Below are positions 12,021 through 25,800 of a DNA stretch of 64,000 bases, in pieces (positions within the stretch are counted from its first letter, which is position 1; each line of letters starts with the position of its first letter). Made by a program: the position numbers and the translations under genes. The DNA lies in contig OZ024743.1 of the NCBI GenBank assembly GCA_964016885.1, forward strand, positions 373,736,001-373,800,000. The letters run 5' to 3'. Below the pieces are notes generated by a model that worked only from the letters and a program-made list of their open reading frames with translations, was not told where the DNA came from and did not search any database. This stretch comes from Eledone cirrhosa (taxonomy: Eukaryota).

Positions 12021-15000
12021 CAGTGACGTTGGCTTGGGGAGGACTTCCTCTTGTAGTGGACAGCGACGTTGGCTTGTGGAGGGCTTCAACTTGTAGTGAA
12101 CAGTGATGTTGGCTTGGTGGATGAGTTCCTCTTGTAGTGGACAGTGACGTTGGCCTGGGGAGGAGTTCCTCTTGTATTGGACACTGACGTTGGCTTGGGG
12201 AGGAGTTCATCTTGTAGTGGACAGTGACGTTGGCTTGGGGAGGGCTTCCTCTTGTAGTGGACAGTGACGTTGGCTTGGGGAGGGCTTCATCTTGTAGTGG
12301 ACAGTGATGTTGGCTTGGGGAGGGCTTCATCTTGTAGTGGACAGTGACGTTGGCTTGGGGAGGGCTTCCTCTTGTAGTGGACAGTGACGTTGGCTTGTGG
12401 AGGGCTTCATCTTGTAGTGGACAGTGACGTTGGCTTGGGGAGGAGTTCCTCTTGTAGTGGACAGTGATGTTGGCTTGGGGAGGAGTTCCTCTTGTAGTGG
12501 ACAGTGACGTTGGCTTGGGGAGGAGTTCCTCTTGTAGTGGACAGTGACGTTGGCTTGTGGAGGGCTTCATTTTGTAGTGGACAGTGACGTTGGCTTGGGG
12601 AGGAGTTCCTCTTGTAGTGGACAGTGACGTTGGCTTGGGGAGGAGTTCCTCTTGTAGTGGACAGTGACGTTGGCTTGTGGAGGGCTTCATCTTGTAGTGG
12701 ACAGTGACGTTGGCATGGGGAGGAGTTCCTCTTGTAGTGGACAGTGACGTTGGCTTGGGGGGAGTTCCTCTTGTAGTGGACACTGACGTTGGCTTTGGGA
12801 GGACTTCCTCTTGTAGTGGACAGTGACGTTGGCTTGTGGAGGGCTTCATCTTGTAGTGGACAGTGTCGTTGGCTTGGGGAGGAGTTCCTCTTGTAGTGGA
12901 CAGTGACGTTGGCTTGGGGAGGAGTTCCTCTTGTAGTGGACAGTGACGTTGGCTTGTGGAGAGCTTCATCTTGTAGTGGACAGTGACGTTGGCTTGGGGA
13001 GGAGTTCCTCTTGTAGTGGACAGTGACGTTGGCTTGGGGAGGAGTTCCTCTTGTAGTGGACAGTGACGTTGGCTTGTGGAGGGCTTCATCTTGTAGTGGA
13101 CAGTGACGTTGGCTTGGGGAGGAGTTCCTCTTGTAGTGGACAGTGACGTTGGCTTGGGGGGAGTTCCTCTTGTAGTGGACACTGACGTTGGCTTTGGGAG
13201 GACTTCCTCTTGTAGTGGACAGTGACGTTGGCTTGTGGAGGGCTTCATCTTGTAGTGGACCCTGTCGTTGGCTTGGGGAGGAGTTCCTCTTGTAGTGGAC
13301 AGTGACGTTGGCTTGGGGAGGAGTTCCTCTTGTAGTGGACAGTGACGTTGGCTTGGGGAGGACTTCCTCTTGTAGTGGACAGTGACGTTGGCTTGGGGAG
13401 GAGTTCATCTTGTAGTGGACAGTGACGTTGGTTTGGGGAGACTTCCTCTTGTAGTGGACAGTGACGTTGGCTTGGGGAGGAGTTCATCTTGTAGTGGACA
13501 GTGACGTTGGCTTTTGGAGGGCTTCATCTTGTAGTGGACAGTGACGTTGGCTTGTGGAGGGCTTCATCTTGTAGTGGTCAGTGACGTTGGCTTGTGGAGG
13601 GCTTCATCTTGTAGTGGTCAGTGACGTTGGCTTGTGGAGGGCTTCATCTTGTAGTGGACAGTGACGTTAGCTTGGGGAGGAGTTCCTCTTGTAGTGGACA
13701 GTGACGTTGGCTTGGGGAGGAGTTCCTCTTGTAGTGGACAGTGACGTTGGCTTGGGGAGGACTTCCTCTTGTAGTGGACAGTGACGTTGGCTTGGGGGGG
13801 AGTTCATCTTGTAGTGGACAGTGACGTTGGCTTGGGGAGGACTTTCTCTTGTAGTGGACAGTGACGTTGGCTTGGGGAGGAGTTCATCTTGTAGTGGACA
13901 GTGACGTTGGCTTGGGAAGGACTCTCTCTTGTAGTGGACAGTGACGTTGGCTTGTGGAGGGCTTCATCTTGTAGTGGACAGTGACGTTGGCTTGGGCAGG
14001 ACTTCCTCTTGTAGTGGACAGTGACGTTGGCTTGTGGAGGGCTTCATCTTGTAGTGGACAGTTACGTTGGCTTGTGGAGGGCTTCATCTTGTAGTGGACA
14101 GTGACGTTGGCTTGGGGAGGACTTCCTCTTGTAGTGGACAGTGACGTTGGCTTGGGGAGGACTCCCTCTTGTAGTGGACAGTGACGTTGGCTTGTGGAGG
14201 GCTTCATCTTGTAGTGGACAGTGACGTTGGCTTGTGGAGGGCTTCATCTTGTAGTGGACAGTGACGTTGGCTTGTGAAGGGCTTCATATTGTAGTGCACA
14301 GTGACGTTGGCTTGGGGAGGACTTCCTCTTGTAGTGGCCAGTGACGTTGGCTTGGGGAGGAGTTCCTCTTGTAGTGGACAGTGACGTTTGCTTGTGGAGG
14401 GCTTCATCTTGTAGTGGACAGTGACGTTGGCTTGTGGAGGGCTTCAACTTGTAGTGGACAGTGACGTTGGATTGAGGGGGGCTTCATCTTGCAGTGGACA
14501 GTGACGTTGACTTGGGGACGAGTTCATCTTGTAGTGGACAGTGACGTTGGCTTGGGGAGGACTTCCTCTTGTCCTGGACCGTGACGTTGGCTTGGGGACG
14601 ACTTCCTCTTGTAGTGGAGAGCGACGTTGGCTTGTGGAGAGCTTCAAATTGTAGTGGACAGTGACGTTGGCTTGGGGAGGAGTTCCTCTTGTAGTGGACA
14701 GTGACGTTGGCTTGTGGAGGGCTTCATCTTGTAGTCGACAGTGACGTTGGATTGAGGTGGGCTTCATCTTGCAGTGGACAGTGACGTTGGCTTGGGGAGG
14801 ACTTCCTCTTGTCCTGGACCGTGACGCTGGCTTGGGGAGGACTTCCTCTTGTAGTGGACAGTGATGTTGGCTTGGGGAGGACTTCCTCTTGTAGTGGACA
14901 GTGATGTTGGCTTGGGGAGGACTTCCTCTTGTAGTGGACAGTGATGTTGGCTTGGGGAGGACTTCCTCTTGTAGTGGACAGTGATGTTGGCTTGGGGAGG

Positions 15001-16816
15001 ACTTCCTCTTGTAGTGGACAGTGATGTTGGCTTGGGGAGGACTTCCTCTTGTAGTGGACAGTGACGTTGGCTTGTGGAGGGCTTCATCTTGTAGTGGACA
15101 GTGACGTTGGCTTGTGGAGGGCTTCATCTTGTAGTGGACAGTGACGTTGACTTGGGGAGGGCTTCATCTTGTAGTGGACAGTGACGTTGGTTTGGGGAGG
15201 AGTTCCTCTTGTAGTGGACAGTGCCGTTGGCTTGGGGAGGAGTTCATCTTGTAGTGGACAGTGATGTTGGCTTGGGGAGGACTTCCTCTTGTAGTAGACA
15301 GCGACGTTGGCTTGGGGAGGACTTCCTCTTGTAGTGGACAGTGACGTTGGCTTGTGGAGGGCTTCATCTTGTAGTGGACAGTGACGTTGACTTGGGGAGG
15401 GCTTCATCTTGTAGTGGACAGTGACGTTGGCTTGGGGAGGACTTCCTCTTGTAGTGGACAGTGACGTTGGCTTGGGGAGGAGTTCCTCTTGTAGTGGACA
15501 GTGACGTTGGCTTGGGGAGGAGTTCCTCTTGTAGTGGACAGTGACGTTGGCTTGGGGAGGGCTTCATCTTGTAGTGGACAGTGACGTTGACTTGGGGAGG
15601 GCTTCATCTTGTAGTGGACAGTGACGTTGGCTTGGGGAGGACTTCCTCTTGTAGTGGACAGTGACGTTGGCTTGGGGAGGAGTTCCTCTTGTAGTGGACA
15701 GTGACGTTGGCTTGGGGAGGAGTTCCTCTTGTAGTGGACAGTGACGTTGGCTTGGGGAGGGCTTCATCTTGTAGTGGACAGTGACGTTGGCTTGTGAAGG
15801 GCTTCATATTGTAGTGGACAGTGACGTTGGCTTGGGGAGGGCTTCATCTTGTAGTGCACAGTGACGTTGGCTTGGGGAGGACTTCCTCTTGTAGTGGACA
15901 GTGACGTTGGCTTGGGGAGGACTTCCTCTTGTAGTGGACAGTGACGTTGGCTTGGGGAGGGTTTCATCTTGTAGTGGACAGTGACGTTGGCTTGTGGAGG
16001 GCTTCATCTTGTAGTAGACAGTGACGTTGGCTTGGGGAGGAGTTCCTCTTGTAGTGGACAGTGACGTTGGCTTTTGGAGGAGTCCCTCTTGTAGTGGACA
16101 GTGACGTTGGCTTGTGGAGGGCTTCATCTTGTAGTGGACAGTGACGTTGGATTGAGGTGGGCTTCATCTTGTAGTGGACAGTGACGTTGACTTGGGGAGG
16201 AGTTCATCTTGTAGTGGACAGTGACGTTGGCTTGGGGAGGACTTCCTCTTATCGTGGACAGTGACGTTGGCTTGGGGAGGACTTCCTCTTGTAGTGGACA
16301 GCGACGTTGGCTTGTGGAGGGCTTCAACTTGTAGTGGACAGTGATGTTGGCTTGGGGAGGACTTCCTCTTGTAGTAGACAGCGACGTTGGCTTGGGCAGG
16401 AATTCCTCTTGTAGTGGACAGTGGCGTTGGCTTGGGGTGGAGTTCCTCTTGTCGTGGACACTGACGTTAGCTTGGGGAGGACTTCCTCTTGCAGTGGACA
16501 GTGACGTTGGCTTGGGGAGGAGTTCCTCTTGTAGTGGACAGTGACGTTGGCTTGGGGAGGAGTTCATCTTGTAGTGGACAGTGATGTTGGCTTGGGGAGG
16601 AGTTCATCTTGTAGTGGACAGTGACGTTGGCTTGGGGAGGAGTTCATCTTGTAGTGGACAGTGATGTTGGCTTGTGGAGGGCTTCATCTTGTAGTGGACA
16701 GTGACGTTGGCTTGGGGAGGAGTTCATCTTGTAGTGGACAGTGACGTTGGCTTGGGGAGGAGTTCATCTTGTAGTGGACAGTGATGTTGGCTTGGGGAGG
16801 ACTTCCTCTTGCAGTG

Positions 16817-19800
16817 GACAGTGACGTTGGCTTGGGCAGGAGTTCCTCTTGTAGTGGACAGTGACGTTGGCTTGGGGAGGAGTTCCTGTTGTAGTGGACA
16901 GTGACGTTGGCTTGGGGAGGAGTTCATCTTGTAGTGGACAGTGACGTTGGCTTGTGGAGGGCTTCATCTTGTAGTGGACAGTGACGTTGGATTGTGGAGG
17001 GCTTCATCTTGTAGTGGACAGTGACGTTGGCTTGGGCAGGAGTTCCTCTTGTAGTGGACAGTGACGTTGGCTTGGGGAGGAGTTCCTGTTGTAGTGGACA
17101 GTGACGTTGGCTTGGGAAGGACTTCCTCTTGTAGTGGACAGTGACGTTGGCTTGTGGAGGGCTTCATCTTGTAGTGGACAGTGACGTTGGATTGTGGAGG
17201 GCTTCATCTTGTAGTGGACAGTGACGTTGGCTTGGGCAGGAGTTCCTCTTGTAGTGGACAGTGATGTTGGCTTGTGGAGGGCTTCATCTTGTAGTGGACA
17301 GAGACGTTGGATTGTGGAGGGCTTCATCTTGTAGTGGACAGTGACGTTGGCTTGGGCAGGAGTTCCTCTTGTAGTGGACAGTGACGTTGGCTTGGGGAGG
17401 AGTTCCTGTTGTAGTGGACAGTGACGTTGGCTTGGGAAGGACTTCCTCTTGTAGTGGACAGTGACGTTGGCTTGTGGAGGGCTTCATCTTGTAGTGGACA
17501 GTGACGTTGGATTGTGGAGGGCTTCATCTTGTAGTGGACAGTGACGTTGGCTTGGGCAGGAGTTCCTCTTGTAGTGGACAGTGACGTTGGCTTGGGAAGG
17601 ACTTCCTCTTGTAGTGGACAGTGACGTTGGCTTGTGGAGGGCTTCATCTTGTAGTGGACAGTGACGTTGGATTGTGGAGGGCTTCATCTTGTAGTGGACA
17701 GTGACGTTGGCTTGGGCAGGAGTTCCTCTTGTAGTGGACAGTGACGTTGGCTTGGGGAGGAGTTCCTGTTGTAGTGGACAGTGACGTTGGCTTGGGGAGG
17801 ACTTCCTCTTGTAGTGGACAGCTACGTTGGCTTGGGGAGGAGTTCATCTTGTAGTGGACAGTGACGTTGGCTTTTGGAGGGCTTCATCTTGTAGTGGACA
17901 GTGACGTTGGCTTGTGGAGGGCTTCATCTTGTAGTGGACAGTGACGTTGGCTTGGGGAGGACTTCCTCTTGTAGTGGACAGTGACGTTGGCTTGGGGAGG
18001 AGTTCCTCTTGTAGTGGACAGTGTCGTTGGCTTGGGGAGGGCTTCATCTTGTAGTGGACAGTGTCGTTGGCTTGGGGAGGTGTTCCTTTTGTAGTGGACA
18101 GTGATGTTGGCTTGGGGAGGAGTTCCTCTTGTAGTGGACAGTGACGTTGGCTTGTGGAGGGCTTCATCTTGTAGTGGACAGTGACGTTGGAGTGAGGTGG
18201 GCTTCATCTTGTAGTGGACAGTGACGTTGGCTTGGGGAGGAGTTCCTCTTGTAGTGGACAGTGACGTTGGCTTGGGGAAGACTTCCTCTTGTCGTGGACT
18301 GTGACGTTGGCTTGTGGAGGGCTTCAACTTGTAGTGGACAGTGACGTTGGCTTGGGGGAGGAGTTCCTCTTGTAGTGGACAGTGACGTTGGCTTGGGGTC
18401 GAGTTCCTCTTGTAGTGGACACTGACGTTGGCTTGGGGAGGACTTCCTCTTGTAGTGGACAGTGACGCTGGCTTGTGGACGAGTTCATCTTGTAGTGGAC
18501 AGTGATGTTGGCTTGGGGAGGAGTTCATCTTGTAGTGGACAGTGACATTGGCTTGGGCAGGATTTCCTCTGGTAGTGGACAGTGACGTTGGCTTGGGGAG
18601 GAGTTCCTGTTGTAGTGGACAGTGACGTTGGCTTGTGGAGGGCTTCATATTGTAGTGGACAGTGACGTTGGCTTGGGCAGGAGTTCCTCTTGTAGTGGAC
18701 AGTGACGTTGGCTTGGGCAGGAGTTCTTCTTGTAGTGGACAGTGACGTTGGCTTGGGGAGGACTCCCTCTTGTAGTGGACAGTGACGTTGGCTTGGGGAG
18801 GACATCCTCTTGTAGTGGACAGTGACGTTGGCTTGTGGAGGGCTTCATCTTGTAGTGGACAGTGACGTTGGCTTGTGGAGGGCTTTATCTTGTAGTGGAC
18901 AGTTACGTTGGCTTGTGGAGGGCTTCATCTTGTAGTGGACAGTGACGTTGGCTTGTGGAGGGCTTCATCTTGTAGTGGACAGTTACGTTGGCTTGTGGAG
19001 GGCTTCATCTTGTAGTGGACAGTGACGTTGGCTTGTGGAGGGCTTTATCTTGTAGTGGACAGTTACGTTGGCTTGTGGAGGGCTTCATCTTGTAGTGGAC
19101 AGTGACGTTGGCTTGTGGAGGGCTTCATCTTGTAGTGGACAGTTACGTTGGCTTGTGGAGGGCTTCATCTTGTAGTGGACAGTGACGTTGGCTTGTGGAG
19201 GGCTTTATCTTGTAGTGGACAGTGACGTTGGCTTGGGGCAGGAGTTCCTCTTGTAGTGGACAGTGAGGTTGGCTTGGGGAGGAGTTCCTCTTGTAGTGGA
19301 CAGTGACGTTGGCTTGGGGAGGACTTCCTCTTGTAGTGGACAGTGACGTTGGCTTGTGGAGGGCTTCATCTTGTAGTGGACAGTGACGTTGGCTTGGGGC
19401 AGGAGTTCCTCTTGTAGTGGACAGTGATGTTGGCTTGGGGAGGAGTTCATCTTGTAGTGGACTGTGACGTTGGCTTGGGAAGGACTTCCTCTTGTAGTGG
19501 ACAGTGATGTTGGCTTGGGGAGGAGTTCATCTTGTAGTGGACAGTGACGTTGGCTTGGGGAGGGCTTCATCTTGTAGTGGACTGTGACGTTGGCTTGGGA
19601 AGGACTTCCTCTTGTAGTGGACAGTGACGTTGGCTTGGGGAGGGCTTCATCTTGTAGTGGACAGTGACGTTGGCTTGTGGAGGGCTTCATCTTGTAGTGG
19701 ACAGTGACGTTGGCTTGGGGAGGACTCCCTCTTGTAGTGGACAGTGACGTTGGCTTGGGGAGGACTTCCTCTTGTAGTGGACAGTGACGTTGGCTTGGGG

Positions 19801-22800
19801 AGGACTTCCTCTTGTAGTGGACAGTGACGTTGGCTTGGGGAGGGCTTCATCTTGTAGTGGACAGTGACGTTGGCTTGTGGAGGGCTTAAATTTGTAGTGG
19901 ACAGTGACGTTGGCTTGGGAAGGACTCCCTCTTGTAGTGGACAGTGACGTTGGCTTGGGGAGGACTTCCTCTTGTAGTGGACAGTGACGTTGGCTTGGGG
20001 AGGACTCCCTCTTGTAGTGGACAGTGACGTTGGCTTGGGGAGGCCTTCATCTTGTAGTGGACAGTGACGTTGGCTTGGGGAGGACTTCCTCTTGTAGTGG
20101 ACAGTGACGTTGGCTTGGGGGGAGTTCCTCTTGTAGTAGACAGCGACGTTGGCTTGGGGAGGACTTCCTCTTGTAGTGGACAGTGACGTTGGCTTGGGGA
20201 GGACTTCCTCTTGTAGTGGACAGTGACGTTGGCTTGGGGAGGCCTTCATCTTGTAGTGGACAGTGACGTTGGCTTGGGGAGGATTCCCTCTTGTAGTGGA
20301 CAGTGACGTTGGCTTGGGGAGGCCTTCATCTTGTAGTGGACAGTGACGTTGGCTTGGGGAGGACTTCCTCTTGTAGTGGACAGTGACGTTGGCTTGGGCA
20401 GGAGTTCATCTTGTAGTGGACAGCGACGTTGGCTTGTGGAGGGTTTCAACTTGTAGTGGACAGTGACGTTGGCTTGGGAAGGCATTCCTCTTGTAGTGGA
20501 CAGTGACGTTGGGTTGGGGAGAAGTTCATCTTGTAGTGGACAGTGACGTTGGCTTGTGGAGGGCTTCATCTTGTAGTGGACAGTGACGTTGGCTTGGGGA
20601 GGACTTCCTCTTGTAGTGGACAGTGACGTTGGCTTTGGAAGGCATTCCTCTTGTAGTGGACAGTGACGTTGGCTTGGGGAGGACTTCCTCTTGTAGTGGA
20701 CAGTGACGTTGGCTTGGGGAGGACTTCCTCATGTAGTGGACAGCGACGTTGGCTTGTGGAGGGCTTCAACTTGTAGTGAACAGTGATGTTGGCTTGGTGG
20801 AGGAGTTCCTCTTGTAGTGGACAGTGACGTTGGCCTGGGGAGGAGTTCCTCTTGTATTGGACACTGACGTTGGCTTGGGGAGGGCTTCTCTTGTAATGGA
20901 CAGTGACGTTGGCTTGGGGAGGGCTTCATATCGTAGTGGACAGTGACGTTGGCTTGGGGAGGGCTTCATCTTGTAGTGGACAGTGATGTTGGCTTGGGGA
21001 GGACTTCCTCTTGTAGAGACAGTGACGTTGGCTTGGGGAGGAGTTCATCTTGTAGTGGACAGTGACGTTTGCTTGGGGAGGACTTCTCTTGTAATGGACA
21101 GTGACGTTGGCTTGGGGAGGGCTTCATCTTGTAGTGGACAGTGACGTTGGCTTGGGGAGGGCTTCATCTTGTAGTGGACAGTGATGTTGGCTTGGGGAGG
21201 ACTTCCTCTTGTAGTAGACAGTGACGTTGGCTTGGGGAGGAGTTCATCTTGTAGTGGACAGTGACGTTGGCTTGGGGAGGGCTTCCTCTTGTAGTGGACA
21301 GTTACGTTGGCTTGTGGAAGGCTTCATCTTGTAGTGGACAGTGATGTTGGCTTGGGGAGGAATTCCTCTTGTAGTAGACAGTGACGTTGGCTTGGGGAGG
21401 AGTTCATCTTGTAGTGGACAGTGACGTTGGCTTGGGGAGGGCTTCCTCTTGTAGTGGACAGTGGCGTTGGCTTGGGGAGGACTTCCTCTTGTAGTGGACA
21501 GTGACGCTGGCTTGTGGACGAGTTCATCTTGTAGTGGACAGTGATGTTGGCTTGGGGAGGAGTTCATCTTGTAGTGGACAGTGACATTGGCTTGGGCAGG
21601 AGTTCCTCTGGTAGTGGACAGTGACGTTGGCTTGGGGAGGAGTTCCTGTTGTAGTGGACAGTGACGTTGGCTTGTGGAGGGCTTCATATTGTAGTGGACA
21701 GTGACGTTGGCTTGGGCAGGAGTTCCTCTTGTAGTGGACAGTGACGTTGGCTTGGGCAGGAGTTCTTCTTGTAGTGGACAGTGACGTTGGCTTGGGGAGG
21801 ACTCCCTCTTGTAGTGGACAGTGACGTTGGCTTGGGGAGGACATCCTCTTGTAGTGGACAGTGACGTTGGCATGTGGAGGGCTTCATCTTGTAGTGGACA
21901 GTGACGTTGGCTTGTGGAGGGCTTTATCTTGTAGTGGACAGTTACGTTGGCTTGTGGAGGGCTTCATCTTGTAGTGGACAGTGACGTTGGCTTGTGGAGG
22001 GCTTCATCTTGTAGTGGACAGTTACGTTGGCTTGTGGAGGGCTTCATCTTGTAGTGGACAGTGACGTTGGCTTGTGGAGGGCTTTATCTTGTAGTGGACA
22101 GTTACGTTGGCTTGTGGAGGGCTTCATCTTGTAGTGGACAGTGACGTTGGCTTGTGGAGGGCTTCATCTTGTAGTGGACAGTTACGTTGGCTTGTGGAGG
22201 GCTTCATCTTGTAGTGGACAGTGACGTTGGCTTGTGGAGGGCTTTATCTTGTAGTGGACAGTGACGTTGGCTTGGGGCAGGAGTTCCTCTTGTAGTGGAC
22301 AGTGAGGTTGGCTTGGGGAGGAGTTCCTCTTGTAGTGGACAGTGACGTTGGCTTGGGGAGGACTTCCTCTTGTAGTGGACAGTGACGTTGGCTTGTGGAG
22401 GGCTTCATCTTGTAGTGGACAGTGACGTTGGCTTGGGGCAGGAGTTCCTCTTGTAGTGGACAGTGATGTTGGCTTGGGGAGGAGTTCATCTTGTAGTGGA
22501 CTGTGACGTTGGCTTGGGAAGGACTTCCTCTTGTAGTGGACAGTGATGTTGGCTTGGGGAGGAGTTCATCTTGTAGTGGACAGTGACGTTGGCTTGGGGA
22601 GGGCTTCATCTTGTAGTGGACTGTGACGTTGGCTTGGGAAGGACTTCCTCTTGTAGTGGACAGTGACGTTGGCTTGGGGAGGGCTTCATCTTGTAGTGGA
22701 CAGTGACGTTGGCTTGTGGAGGGCTTCATCTTGTAGTGGACAGTGACGTTGGCTTGGGGAGGACTCCCTCTTGTAGTGGACAGTGACGTTGGCTTGGGGA

Positions 22801-25800
22801 GGACTTCCTCTTGTAGTGGACAGTGACGTTGGCTTGGGGAGGACTTCCTCTTGTAGTGGACAGTGACGTTGGCTTGGGGAGGGATTCATCTTGTAGTGGA
22901 CAGTGACGTTGGCTTGTGGAGGGCTTCATCTTGTAGTGGACAGTGACGTTGGCTTGTGGAGGGCTTAAATTTGTAGTGGACAGTGACGTTGGCTTGGGAA
23001 GGACTCCCTCTTGTAGTGGACAGTGACGTTGGCTTGGGGAGGACTTCATCTTGTAGTGGACAGTGACGTTGGCTTGGGGAGGACTCCCTCTTGTAGTGGA
23101 CAGTGACGTTGGCTTGGGGAGGCCTTCATCTTGTAGTGGACAGTGACGTTGGCTTGGGGAGGACTTCCTCTTGTAGTGGACAGTGACGTTGGCTTGGGGG
23201 GAGTTCCTCTTGTAGTAGACAGCGACGTTGGCTTGGGGAGGACTTCCTCTTGTAGTGGACAGTGACGTTGGCTTGGGGAGGACTTCCTCTTGTAGTGGAC
23301 AGTGACGTTGGCTTGGGGAGGCCTTCATCTTGTAGTGGACAGTGACGTTGGCTTGGGGAGGATTCCCTCTTGTAGTGGACAGTGACGTTGGCTTGGGGAG
23401 GCCTTCATCTTGTAGTGGACAGTGACGTTGGCTTGGGGAGGACTTCCTCTTGTAGTGGACAGTGACGTTGGCTTGGGCAGGAGTTCATCTTGTAGTGGAC
23501 AGCGACGTTGGCTTGTGGAGGGTTTCAACTTGTAGTGGACAGTGACGTTGGCTTGGGAAGGCATTCCTCTTGTAGTGGACAGTGACGTTGGGTTGGGGAG
23601 AAGTTCATCTTGTAGTGGACAGTGACGTTGGCTTGTGGAGGGCTTCATCTTGTAGTGGACAGTGACGTTGGCTTGGGGAGGACTTCCTCTTGTAGTGGAC
23701 AGTGACGTTGGCTTTGGAAGGCATTCCTCTTGTAGTGGACAGTGACGTTGGCTTGGGGAGGACTTCCTCTTGTAGTGGACAGTGACGTTGGCTTGGGGAG
23801 GACTTCCTCATGTAGTGGACAGCGACGTTGGCTTGTGGAGGGCTTCAACTTGTAGTGAACAGTGATGTTGGCTTGGTGGAGGAGTTCCTCTTGTAGTGGA
23901 CAGTGACGTTGGCCTGGGGAGGAGTTCCTCTTGTATTGGACACTGACGTTGGCTTGGGGAGGGCTTCTCTTGTAATGGACAGTGACGTTGGCTTGGGGAG
24001 GGCTTCATATCGTAGTGGACAGTGACGTTGGCTTGGGGAGGGCTTCATCTTGTAGTGGACAGTGATGTTGGCTTGGGGAGGACTTCCTCTTGTAGAGACA
24101 GTGACGTTGGCTTGGGCAGGAGTTCCTCTTGTAGTGGACAGTGACGTTGGCTTGGGGAGGAGTTCCTGTTGTAGTGGACAGTGACGTTGGCTTGGGGAGG
24201 AGTTCATCTTGTAGTGGACAGTGACGTTGGCTTGTGGAGGGCTTCATCTTGTAGTGGACAGTGACGTTGGATTGTGGAGGGCTTCATCTTGTAGTGGACA
24301 GTGACGTTGGCTTGGGCAGGAGTTCCTCTTGTAGTGGACAGTGACGTTGGCTTGGGGAGGAGTTCCTGTTGTAGTGGACAGTGACGTTGGCTTGGGAAGG
24401 ACTTCCTCTTGTAGTGGACAGTGACGTTGGCTTGTGGAGGGCTTCATCTTGTAGTGGACAGTGACGTTGGATTGTGGAGGGCTTCATCTTGTAGTGGACA
24501 GTGACGTTGGCTTGGGCAGGAGTTCCTCTTGTAGTGGACAGTGATGTTGGCTTGTGGAGGGCTTCATCTTGTAGTGGACAGAGACGTTGGATTGTGGAGG
24601 GCTTCATCTTGTAGTGGACAGTGACGTTGGCTTGGGCAGGAGTTCCTCTTGTAGTGGACAGTGACGTTGGCTTGGGGAGGAGTTCCTGTTGTAGTGGACA
24701 GTGACGTTGGCTTGGGAAGGACTTCCTCTTGTAGTGGACAGTGACGTTGGCTTGTGGAGGGCTTCATCTTGTAGTGGACAGTGACGTTGGATTGTGGAGG
24801 GCTTCATCTTGTAGTGGACAGTGACGTTGGCTTGGGCAGGAGTTCCTCTTGTAGTGGACAGTGACGTTGGCTTGGGAAGGACTTCCTCTTGTAGTGGACA
24901 GTGACGTTGGCTTGTGGAGGGCTTCATCTTGTAGTGGACAGTGACGTTGGATTGTGGAGGGCTTCATCTTGTAGTGGACAGTGACGTTGGCTTGGGCAGG
25001 AGTTCCTCTTGTAGTGGACAGTGACGTTGGCTTGGGGAGGAGTTCCTGTTGTAGTGGACAGTGACGTTGGCTTGGGGAGGACTTCCTCTTGTAGTGGACA
25101 GCTACGTTGGCTTGGGGAGGAGTTCATCTTGTAGTGGACAGTGACGTTGGCTTTTGGAGGGCTTCATCTTGTAGTGGACAGTGACGTTGGCTTGTGGAGG
25201 GCTTCATCTTGTAGTGGACAGTGACGTTGGCTTGGGGAGGACTTCCTCTTGTAGTGGACAGTGACGTTGGCTTGGGGAGGAGTTCCTCTTGTAGTGGACA
25301 GTGTCGTTGGCTTGGGGAGGGCTTCATCTTGTAGTGGACAGTGTCGTTGGCTTGGGGAGGTGTTCCTTTTGTAGTGGACAGTGATGTTGGCTTGGGGAGG
25401 AGTTCCTCTTGTAGTGGACAGTGACGTTGGCTTGTGGAGGGCTTCATCTTGTAGTGGACAGTGACGTTGGAGTGAGGTGGGCTTCATCTTGTAGTGGACA
25501 GTGACGTTGGCTTGGGGAGGAGTTCCTCTTGTAGTGGACAGTGACGTTGGCTTGGGGAAGACTTCCTCTTGTCGTGGACTGTGACGTTGGCTTGTGGAGG
25601 GCTTCAACTTGTAGTGGACAGTGACGTTGGCTTGGGGGAGGAGTTCCTCTTGTAGTGGACAGTGACGTTGGCTTGGGGTCGAGTTCCTCTTGTAGTGGAC
25701 ACTGACGTTGGCTTGGGGAGGACTTCCTCTTGTAGTGGACAGTGACGCTGGCTTGTGGACGAGTTCATCTTGTAGTGGACAGTGATGTTGGCTTGGGGAG

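Noticed and set aside
16341-16544. Plus-strand ORFs (16341-16544; also 46168-46371)
   Set aside because: They exist only because chance variants remove the TAG/TGA normally present in each core. There is no independent coding evidence.
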